In this document: positions 40,101-47,515 of the stretch, piece by piece
Numbering within the stretch: the first letter of the stretch is position 1
Layout: every line of letters starts with the position of its first letter
Source of the DNA: Flavobacteriales bacterium
GTDB lineage: Bacteria > Bacteroidota > Bacteroidia > Flavobacteriales > UBA7312
Reading direction: 5' to 3'
DNA: 64,000 nt
Assembly: GCA_965277895.1 (NCBI GenBank)
Contig: CBDIDR010000001.1
Coordinates: 448,074 to 512,073, forward strand
Position numbers and translations under genes: made by a program
Notes under the pieces: model-generated
Database searches by the model: none
What the model saw: only the letters and a program-made list of their open reading frames with translations
Told to the model about the DNA's origin: nothing

Positions 40101-42599
40101 ATCTAAATATAATGTGTTAAGTGACAAGTTATTAGTTAAATCAATGGAGCTAATATTATTTATTCCAGCAGCAAACCAAGAAAGGTTTAAATTTTGACTG
40201 ACATCAATAGCACTTAAATTATTACCCCAACATCCTAAATTTACAAGACCTAAGATTTGGGAGACGTCTATTTCAGAAATATTATTTTGGCTAAAATATA
40301 AAGACCCAAGGTTAATACAATTACTTAAATCTAACTCACTAATAGCATTGTTTTCGCAATTTAATACTCCAAGATTATTAACAATAGAACTGAATTCAAT
40401 TTCAGTAATATTATTATTATAGCACTCTAAATAATTGAGGTTTATATTTTGCGAAACATCTAATTCTGTGAGATTATTATTGTTGCATGAAAAAGAAATT
40501 AGATTTGTATTTTGAGAGATATCTATTTGATTAAGGTTATTATTATCACAGAAAAAATAGCTTAGATTTGGCATTGATTGAATACCTGTAAAGTCATTAA
40601 TATCAAAATCATTAAGATATAAATATTCAATATCAACGATATTGCCAGTTAATACAGAATCATCTAAAACATCATCATATCCAGCATCTATTAAGTACTG
40701 TTCGAAATTATCATTAGGCACATATGTTTTCGAAAAGTTATAATTGCAGTCACACTGATGAAAGCCTAAATTTGAAAATATATTATTGGGGAATAAAGTC
40801 CATTGTTCCGATGGATTAAAGGATGAAGGATTTATAGGATTACCAGATAATACATTTGACTGCCTAACCAATGTGCTGTTTTGTGTCCACAATTGACCGC
40901 CATTTGCATCTGTAAATCCAGCAGTAGCATCATCAGTCCAGCCATCACCAGGATATTCGCCAATTTTACCAAATACATCAATAATTACACCATTTTTTGA
41001 TAAGGTTAAAGCATCATTTCCAGTAAAGTATAATGGAGATGGATAAGGTGGAGCTGTTTGATCAGCTAAATTATATAAGTCCATTGAAATAGTCCCAAAA
41101 GTATTCACACCATTTGTGTCAGAGTTTGTAATTATCCAAGTTTGACCCGGCAATAAATTACCATACAAGCTCATTATATCTGAAGCAAATGCCGATCCAT
41201 TGGCATATCTTTCAATTGTATAGTTGCTCAAGTCAACAGTGTTTGAGGTGGGGTTATATATTTCTAGTGCTCTGTTATGGGAAGAGCCTTCAACATATTC
41301 AGAGAAAAATAGTTCCGAACAATTTGGTGCAGTAGAATTAGTGAAAAAAGCTTCATCAAATCCACCGAAGTTTTGCAATTCCTGTTCCTTTATTATTATA
41401 AAATTATTATTTTCAATTGACCAATTTCCATCAATTCCACCCCACTGTGAAGCATTTAAGCCATCTCCGTAATAATCATAGATTGTAAATTTCAAACATC
41501 CAGTAACAGGTAGAATAACATCCCATTCATAATTTTGATTATTTTCTAGTGGGTTTGTGTAGTCAACAGGGGTATTACTATCGAAAGTATTATAAGTAGT
41601 GCCCACATTTTCATTTCCCTCAGACCAAACAAGCAAGCCGTTTTCGTCGGTAATTTCCATATAAGTTTCAGCGGCATAATTATCTGTTAAAAGCTTAACA
41701 GTTACTTGTTGTGAAGTTTGAATATTATTAAATTCAATGGATTGAGTAAGAGAATTATCAGTATTATTGATGTCAACATTTGTGATATTTACATCAATTG
41801 TTTCATTATTAATTGTTATGTTTCCAAAATCAATTGTTGTAGTTTCATAAGTGTCCAATGTGCCAATATAGTCTACTGTCTCGATAATTTGACCACCAGA
41901 AGATAACTCAACCGTAAAATTATTTAGCAATTCTGTTCCCATGTTTTGAGCTAAAACAGAAAAGTCACCACTAGCACTTGCTTCGCAGCCAGAGGGCTGA
42001 ATAGTAGATTCAAAGTCTAATAATGCAGCATTTGAACCTTCATATGCTTCTAAGCAGTTATCTAGGTTGCTGTAATGATTTGCAGCCGAAGCCTGACCTG
42101 ATTCTGTAAGAATTCTATTAGGACAAATAGCGAATACTGTAGGGAAATATGCCAAATCATACAAGCCTGCTACAGAGGCATCGTCAGCAATTGGAAATGG
42201 TGTGCCAGTTACGAAGTCTCCATATGAAATGTAGTCCGCATTATCACTTGAGCCTTGAATGCCATACAATTGGTCAATTGTATTTGTGCTATAAGATTCA
42301 ATCATAAACACATATACATCATCAGTTGTATTTGGGCTTACACCATTTCCCCCAGTAGGGCCATGGTTTACCCATAATTCATTTAAAGCGCCTCCCGAAT
42401 GATAGTTCCAGTCTGGACCGCTCCAGGCAGCAAATAAATTAATAAATACTGTGTAGCCTTGATCTAATATATCGTACAGATTATGTTGATTTCCATCTAA
42501 ATCTGTAACTGTGAAATTAGGAGCTATACTTCCGTCTGGCAACTGAGAGAAACCAAATAATGAACTAAATGTAAATAGTATTGCAAAAAGATATTTCAT
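37179..42599 (-). CDS. Giant T9SS-secreted multidomain protein: degenerate thioredoxin-like domain, lamin-tail domain, two LRR arrays, Cys-rich modules, three FN3-like modules, T9SS C-terminal domain
   Basis: 1806 aa. Signal peptide ...SSLFGFS|Q. aa ~20-175 are TlpA/AhpC-like (APNFTVTDLDGNQHNLYD...VFINLFAAWSGPDW). aa ~427-545 are LTD (CSELFFSEYVEGSSHNRALEIYNPT...). aa ~676-945 and ~1066-1125 are LRRs (L..L.C..NNL.ELD.SQN..). aa ~1165-1405 are SprB-like and Cys-rich motifs. aa ~1408-1715 hold three modules spaced 105 aa apart. aa ~1727-1806 are the CTD (LSPNPSRGIFNVSF...ADGIYLLTIKTNTGLINKRVVIQ). Confidence 0.9.
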   Translation of the reverse strand: MKYLFAILFTFSSLFGFSQLPDGSIAPNFTVTDLDGNQHNLYDILDQGYTVFINLFAAWSGPDWNYHSGGALNELWVNHGPTGGNGVSPNTTDDVYVFMIESYSTNTIDQLYGIQGSSDNADYISYGDFVTGTPFPIADDASVAGLYDLAYFPTVFAICPNRILTESGQASAANHYSNLDNCLEAYEGSNAALLDFESTIQPSGCEASASGDFSVLAQNMGTELLNNFTVELSSGGQIIETVDYIGTLDTYETTTIDFGNITINNETIDVNITNVDINNTDNSLTQSIEFNNIQTSQQVTVKLLTDNYAAETYMEITDENGLLVWSEGNENVGTTYNTFDSNTPVDYTNPLENNQNYEWDVILPVTGCLKFTIYDYYGDGLNASQWGGIDGNWSIENNNFIIIKEQELQNFGGFDEAFFTNSTAPNCSELFFSEYVEGSSHNRALEIYNPTSNTVDLSNYTIERYANGSAFASDIMSLYGNLLPGQTWIITNSDTNGVNTFGTISMDLYNLADQTAPPYPSPLYFTGNDALTLSKNGVIIDVFGKIGEYPGDGWTDDATAGFTDANGGQLWTQNSTLVRQSNVLSGNPINPSSFNPSEQWTLFPNNIFSNLGFHQCDCNYNFSKTYVPNDNFEQYLIDAGYDDVLDDSVLTGNIVDIEYLYLNDFDINDFTGIQSMPNLSYFFCDNNNLNQIDISQNTNLISFSCNNNNLTELDVSQNINLNYLECYNNNITEIEFSSIVNNLGVLNCENNAISELDLSNCINLGSLYFSQNNISEIDVSQILGLVNLGCWGNNLSAIDVSQNLNLSWFAAGINNISSIDLTNNLSLNTLYLDENNLSSLDVTQNTQLSYLEVGQNNLSSIDLSQNTSLNYLNVYFNNLTTLDVSQNSMLTSLYCKFNNLEELDLTNCPFLNYLSCRFNNLNELDISQNVSLNELWLNGGNPNLFCVTTHDTVWANSQANFYLSDDKFFSVNCEQENIIASCFDETAPNYDNTDYDETIYTLVNQGCFNGLTYIPDDAFEQYLIELGFDNVMDNYMSTYTAQNITQLFISNLDIFDLTGIEDFEILNYVVLQNLPIDSINLSSNSNLEYLTIQNSNVDYLNIQNGNNTNLVLSSQNNTELNCILVDDVEYASINWTVENDNIDPWTSFSELSFEYILTINEASDPENCDGLVIVDVTESLSSYNYSWNGSPSSSFSYLCGGNNTFEISDPNGQCSQTVTIFVGPYLMGCMDEEACNYNSLANQQDNSCIYPITYYDCDFNCISDSDFDGICDELEVFGCTSNSSPNYDPLATEDDGSCIECYLELDYIIDYPTNSTSCDGIIGVIVNNSEYDFSIYVNDVELSSNYNFNSCYGNNSIYVIDEQGCSVSEVLFLTAESIDGCTDPTALNFNSEATSDDGSCIYSNQDACDFTPTGLFVDNIIHNRISFNWSAPSVSPSHYMIRYRPVGTTQWTVITAGPQTPAAFNGTSRTRFFMEPSTTYEWSMRARLLNSDGTTNCQSPWSANSQYTTLPACANLENLSVSTEANWVTFFADAPDASWGVWQSKGKMREIGTNEYRYVNGNSNGDINGLKGNFTASTDYEWHTKAWCTGNLNQNGAPDPMYHSGWGDFSPFSTEDPCDKMPTNLTTSSNGANTAVIMSWDTPESGAPDHYFLELTNTTTGQEFQWNNIPGTATSKAKYNQNIGDVFAWKIRGACGTNGTSWATSFSDTEYYILGGARLEDKELTKVELSPNPSRGIFNVSFEVPRNNTIDITISNYLGKEVYSEQFNHQEDMFKKSIDISSNADGIYLLTIKTNTGLINKRVVIQ
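39765..40574 (-). repeat. Tandem 63-66-nt coding repeats (about a dozen LRR units)
   Basis: Protein residues ~676-945 repeat every 21-22 aa, e.g. LISFSCNNNNLTELDVSQNIN, LGVLNCENNAISELDLSNCIN, LSYLEVGQNNLSSIDLSQNTS. The DNA shows the corresponding periodic ATTATT.../TTGAGA... pattern. Confidence 0.8.
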
Positions 42600-42715
42600 T
42601 TGAGGTAAAATGTAAAGATTAAAGTAATTACAAATATGATTAAAATTAATCTTTTAATCAGTACGTATTTAGTACATATCGAATGATTTAATATATTTTG
42701 TCGTTGTTAATTTTT

Positions 42716-43990
42716 TTATTTGATAGGTAATCCGTATTTTTTTCTGTATTTCCTATTTAAGGCTTTTTGTTTATTGTCTAAATCCACTGCTTTTCCTTGT
42801 ATGTAAGCATAAACCACATCGTTACCCATCATATCTAATGCATCGCCTTTTGATACAAAGAAGGTGGCTTCTTTTCCTGCTAATAAGGTGCCTACTTTAT
42901 CATCAATTCCCAACATCTTTGCAGTGTTGTGAGTGAGTGCGGCAACAGCCTGTTCGTATGGTAAGCCATGAGCTATAGCAGTCCCTGCCGAGAAAGGTAA
43001 GTTACGCTGTCCCATTGCTTCCATATCCCCTTGGTAGCAAAAACCAAAAGTTATACCTGCATCGTATAATACTTTAGCTTGTTTGTAAGGCATATCTACA
43101 TCGCTATCTTCTGTGTATGGCAGTCGGTGTATACGGTCTAGTAGTAAGGATACATTATGTTCTTTTAAAAAGGCAGTCATTTTATGAGCTTGTTGAGCTC
43201 CGACAATTACAATGTTTTCGATGTCCATTTTTTCAGCCATTAGTACAGCGTCAGTAATTTCTCTTTGTCCATTGGCATGAATATATAGTCGTTTTTTGCC
43301 ATTGAATAATTCTTTCATGGCACGCATTTGTATATCGTTGAGTCTATTGTTACTGTCAAAATAGCTTTTAGCTCTTTTAAAATAGTCTTCAAGTTCTTGG
43401 CATTCTGAGTCGTATTTTTTTGTTTTCTCAATATCGCCAGGTTCAGCCCACCAGCCTGTTTGCACAAAATAGCGTGGCCAGTTGAGGTGTATGCCATCGT
43501 CAACTTTTTGAGCGGCATCTTCCCAGTTCCAACCGTCTAATTTCATTACTGATGAAGTACCAGCAATACGTCCCCCTTTGGGTGCTACCTGTGCTAGCAA
43601 AACTCCATTACTTCTAATGGTTGGAGTGATTACACTTTCTGCATTGTATGCAATAAGGGAGCGGACGTGTGGTTTGAAAACGCCCGTTTCACGGTAGTCA
43701 TTGGTAGCTCTTACAGCACTTATCTCAGTAATTCCGAGAGTTGTGTTTGTAGAGATAAATCCTGGGTAGACATGGTGGTCATAAATATGAATTATGGTAT
43801 CAAAAGCCTGTGGATTAATACGTATGATTTTAGCATCGGCAACCATTTCTAATTTTCCGTCTTTCATTGATATGGCTGATACGTCAATGCTTTCTCCATT
43901 TCCTACATGTGCTTTACCACCTAAAAATAGTATGTGTTGTGCAAATGTTAAAAATGGTAATACTGTAAGAAGTGTGATGAGTGTTCTCAT
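42716..43990 (-). CDS. Secreted amidohydrolase-superfamily protein (short partner)
   Basis: Start moved to ATG 43990 (MRTLITLLTVLPFLTFA|QH signal peptide; the track start at 44035 would overlap the upstream gene). The C-terminal half aligns by eye with the end of the 1008-aa neighbour (TxNxAKxLGxDDKVGTLxAGKxATFF / ...DRVGSIKSGKDADIV). Confidence 0.7.
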   Translation of the reverse strand: MRTLITLLTVLPFLTFAQHILFLGGKAHVGNGESIDVSAISMKDGKLEMVADAKIIRINPQAFDTIIHIYDHHVYPGFISTNTTLGITEISAVRATNDYRETGVFKPHVRSLIAYNAESVITPTIRSNGVLLAQVAPKGGRIAGTSSVMKLDGWNWEDAAQKVDDGIHLNWPRYFVQTGWWAEPGDIEKTKKYDSECQELEDYFKRAKSYFDSNNRLNDIQMRAMKELFNGKKRLYIHANGQREITDAVLMAEKMDIENIVIVGAQQAHKMTAFLKEHNVSLLLDRIHRLPYTEDSDVDMPYKQAKVLYDAGITFGFCYQGDMEAMGQRNLPFSAGTAIAHGLPYEQAVAALTHNTAKMLGIDDKVGTLLAGKEATFFVSKGDALDMMGNDVVYAYIQGKAVDLDNKQKALNRKYRKKYGLPIK

Positions 43991-44003
43991 TATAAAAGTT
44001 TTT

Positions 44004-47000
44004 TTAGTGTGCATGGTCATGATTATGGTTTTCATCTAAGGTGTCACAATGGTAAAGTATGTGGTGCTCTTTCTTCACTTTCTGTGTAGGCTTACCAGCG
44101 GCTTTATCACTAAGCATACTTTGGATCAGTCTAGCACGTTCTGCTTTATTGCGTTTTCTCAGAGCTTCATCTTTCTCAACATCAAAGTAACAACGTCCGT
44201 CTACATAAGTTTGTTGTACTTTAGCATATACTGAAAGCGGATTGTCCGTCCACAATACAATATCAGCATCTTTTCCTGATTTTATACTGCCTACTCTATC
44301 GTCTAAGTGTAGAAGTTTAGCTGGGTTAAGAGTTACCATTTTCCAAGCTTCTTCTTCACTTACATTTCCATATTTTACAGCTTTTGCAGCTTCTTGATTA
44401 AGACGTCTTGCCATTTCGGCATCATCAGAGTTTATGGCTGTAACGACTCCCATATCCGAAAGTATAGATGCATTGTAAGGTATAGCGTCATTAACTTCAA
44501 ATTTATATGCCCACCAGTCTGAGAAAGTGGACGCACCGGCACCATGGGTTTTCATTTTATCAGCCACTTTATAACCCTCCAAAATATGCGTGAATGTATT
44601 TAGCGTGAAACCCATTGAATCAGCTACGTGCATAAGCATATTTATTTCAGATTGCACATAAGAGTGACAGGTAATAAATCGTTCTTTGTTGAGTATTTCA
44701 ACTAGCGTATTCATTTCTAAATCTTCTCTTGGAGCTTGTGTTTTTCTCTTTTCAGATAAGGAAAGGCTGTTATATTTTTCCCATTCTTGCTCGTAGGCTC
44801 TCGCCCTCAAAAAGTGATCGTAAAAGACTTGCTCAACACCCATTCGTGTTTGAGGGAAACGGATGCGTTCATAATCACCCCAATTTGATTGTTTTACATT
44901 TTCACCTAATGCGAACTTGATAAAGCCATCAGCCCCTTCAAACTTCATTTCTTCAGGTGAACTTCCCCAACGGAATTTGATGATACCTGATTGTCCGCCA
45001 ATTGGATTTGCTGAGCCGTGTAAAAGTTGAGCGGTAGTAACACCTCCTGAAAGCTGACGGTAAATATTAATATCGTCTGAGTTAACAACGTTTGCAATGC
45101 TAACCTCAGCACTACTGGCTTGTGTGCCTTCATTTACTCCTCTACTGATGGCAATATGAGAGTGTTCGTCTATAATTCCAGAGGTGAGGTGAAGTCCTTT
45201 GGCATCAATTTCTTGAAACTTTTCGTTTTTGAAAAGCTCTTCGGAAATGATGTCTATACCGACTTTTAGAATTTTACCTTTTGAAATAGCTACATCAGCT
45301 TCTTGTATAGTTCCAACGTCTTCATTTGTCCAAACAGTAGCATTTCTGAAAATAATATTATCTTGACTAGGTTTGTCTTCCCAACCATATGCCATATTTG
45401 GGAACCAAACTTCTGCATTCTTAGTTATGTTATCCTCTTCTTCCTTTTTCTCTTCCTCATCTTTTTCAAATGCTTCAATCAATTGAGCTGACCATTGTCG
45501 ACTATCGCCATTGGGGAGTATAATATCTCCTTTAAGGATGTCATTTGAAAACAAACTATTTACTCTGTAAACTCCGTCATCTAATTCGTATTGCAATGTT
45601 AGGTGCGGACCTTCTTGTTCTAATTTAGTTTTAAATTCAAGGGTGTCTCGTTTTAGTTGTCCATTTATTTTGTCTGCTGAACCATTGATGATAATTGTAT
45701 CCTTTTCATTACTTAGAAAAGTCCCTCTCAAATCAATAGTTTGTTCTTTTTTGATAGAATACTCTTTACCTTGAATCCAGTTGCTTTGAATTTCTCCAGA
45801 GTCAAAAATAGGTGCAGAGCATACTAGGAAGTTTGCCATTTTACCAGCTTCTAATGTACCTAATTGACTACTCATTTCTAATAGTTCTGCTGGATTAGTC
45901 GTTAGTGCTGATAAGGCGTCTTGTTCAGACAAACCATGAGCAATAGCCTCTTTTATTTTACTTATAAAATCACTTCTTTTTTCTAAGTCACTTGAGGTGA
46001 AAGCGGTAAAAATGCCTTTTTCAAACAAGCGGGCTGGATTTGAAGGAGCAAGTTCCCAATGCTTCATCTTTTTAAGCGATACCATTTGTGCTGCTTGCGG
46101 ATTACTTACATCATATGCATCGGGAAAATTCAGTGGGACAATCAGTGAAAAATTAGTTTCTGCGAGCTCATTAAGACGCTGGTATTCGTCGCCATTTCCG
46201 ACTATGGTGTAGTCAATTTCAAATTCATCGGCAATTTTGTGAACTCTAAAAATATCGAGCTTGTCTCTTACTTCAAAAAATTGTGGAACATCTTGTAATT
46301 CATTCCAAGCTTCCAATGAGCGGTTGTATTCTTTGGTATTTCCTTGGTCATACCATTCGGCATCTAAATAGGTTTGGTGAATTAGTGCCAATGTTCCCAT
46401 CAAAGAGCTGGGGTATTTTTGCCTAGAGGTTCCTTTACTTAATGAGTAGTGTGCACTGGCTTTACCTTTTAGAATACTAATGTTTTCACTTTCGTTAGCT
46501 AGGGTTACAACAACTCCGCTGCCTCTTGCTATACCGTTGTCTTGATGGCTTAAAACGACACCAAAACCTGACGAACGGTAGCTTTCAGCCTTATCATTAT
46601 CAACGCCAAATATACTATTGGCATTTACCTCAGGGTGAATAGCTTCATTCCACCCCGCTCCACTTTTAGTATTGCTTTTATATTGTGGTGATGGCTTCCA
46701 ACTTACTTTTTTAGGCTTCTCAATCCCATAAGAGGAATTTAGGTCAATAAAAGAGGGGTAAATATATTTACCTGTCATGTCGTGAATAATCGCTCCTTGT
46801 GGAAAGCTAGTATCAGAACTAGCACTTATGATTTTGTCATCTTTTATGATAAGTGTTCCGTTATCGATGGTTTCCTGTGGTGAAATGACTAGAGTCGCAT
46901 TCGTAAAAACATGAGTTGCGTCAAAAGAATTGGCAACACCATTTATTGGAAAAGTATGCTGAGCAAAGGCATTTAGGCTTAAAAATACCGATGTAAGAAT

Positions 47001-47018
47001 TAAAAAACAGGTTTTCAT
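44004..47018 (-). CDS. Secreted amidohydrolase-superfamily protein (long partner) with His-rich C-terminal tail
   Basis: Start moved to ATG 47018 (MKTCFLILTSVFLSLNAFA|QH; the track start at 47030 is TTG). Two amidohydrolase-like halves with an HxH metal motif in the second (IIDEHSHIA). The tail is KEHHILYHCDTLDENHNHDHAH. Confidence 0.75.
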   Translation of the reverse strand: MKTCFLILTSVFLSLNAFAQHTFPINGVANSFDATHVFTNATLVISPQETIDNGTLIIKDDKIISASSDTSFPQGAIIHDMTGKYIYPSFIDLNSSYGIEKPKKVSWKPSPQYKSNTKSGAGWNEAIHPEVNANSIFGVDNDKAESYRSSGFGVVLSHQDNGIARGSGVVVTLANESENISILKGKASAHYSLSKGTSRQKYPSSLMGTLALIHQTYLDAEWYDQGNTKEYNRSLEAWNELQDVPQFFEVRDKLDIFRVHKIADEFEIDYTIVGNGDEYQRLNELAETNFSLIVPLNFPDAYDVSNPQAAQMVSLKKMKHWELAPSNPARLFEKGIFTAFTSSDLEKRSDFISKIKEAIAHGLSEQDALSALTTNPAELLEMSSQLGTLEAGKMANFLVCSAPIFDSGEIQSNWIQGKEYSIKKEQTIDLRGTFLSNEKDTIIINGSADKINGQLKRDTLEFKTKLEQEGPHLTLQYELDDGVYRVNSLFSNDILKGDIILPNGDSRQWSAQLIEAFEKDEEEKKEEEDNITKNAEVWFPNMAYGWEDKPSQDNIIFRNATVWTNEDVGTIQEADVAISKGKILKVGIDIISEELFKNEKFQEIDAKGLHLTSGIIDEHSHIAISRGVNEGTQASSAEVSIANVVNSDDINIYRQLSGGVTTAQLLHGSANPIGGQSGIIKFRWGSSPEEMKFEGADGFIKFALGENVKQSNWGDYERIRFPQTRMGVEQVFYDHFLRARAYEQEWEKYNSLSLSEKRKTQAPREDLEMNTLVEILNKERFITCHSYVQSEINMLMHVADSMGFTLNTFTHILEGYKVADKMKTHGAGASTFSDWWAYKFEVNDAIPYNASILSDMGVVTAINSDDAEMARRLNQEAAKAVKYGNVSEEEAWKMVTLNPAKLLHLDDRVGSIKSGKDADIVLWTDNPLSVYAKVQQTYVDGRCYFDVEKDEALRKRNKAERARLIQSMLSDKAAGKPTQKVKKEHHILYHCDTLDENHNHDHAH

Positions 47019-47073
47019 TGTTAGTGTCAAATTTAGGGAGTTAAATTACAAAATACTGACGGATTTAATTCCT

Positions 47074-47081
47074 TACATTTG
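47074..47081 (+). promoter_or_regulatory. -7 promoter box (TAnnTTTG) for the membrane-protein/hflX pair
   Basis: TACATTTG, with 17 nt before ATG 47099. Confidence 0.4.
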
Positions 47082-47098
47082 CATAAAATATATTTACT

Positions 47099-47515
47099 AT
47101 GTATACAGGACTTTTGCACTTACACTCTTATTTGCCTTTTGTGCTATTTATTATGATTTTTGTGGTGTTATTGAATTCTTTGAGGGGTTGGATAACAGGC
47201 ACTTCTTTTGATAAATACTCTAATAAATTTGTATTAGTTTCTATGATTTTAATTCATCTTCAATGGACAGTTGGAGCTGTTTTATATTTTGTTAGTCCAA
47301 ACGTCAAAAGCATGGGAGAAGCCATGGGAGATTCTCTTTCGCGTTTGTACGCTTTAGAACACCCTTTATTGATGACTGTTGCTTTGGTTTTAGTTACTAT
47401 TGCTCGTTCCAAATCCAAGAAATCGAATGAGTCAAAACACCACAGAACTAATTTTATATTTTTTGCTCTAGCTTTAGCTTGTATTCTTCTTTGCTTACCT
47501 CCTAGTTGGTTATAA
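47099..47515 (+). CDS. Four-TM membrane protein, function unknown
   Basis: 138 aa with four hydrophobic helices. Conserved-looking His residues lie at helix ends (HLHS, HLQ, EHP). Its stop abuts the hflX ATG (TAAATG). Confidence 0.5.
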   Translation: MYTGLLHLHSYLPFVLFIMIFVVLLNSLRGWITGTSFDKYSNKFVLVSMILIHLQWTVGAVLYFVSPNVKSMGEAMGDSLSRLYALEHPLLMTVALVLVTIARSKSKKSNESKHHRTNFIFFALALACILLCLPPSWL

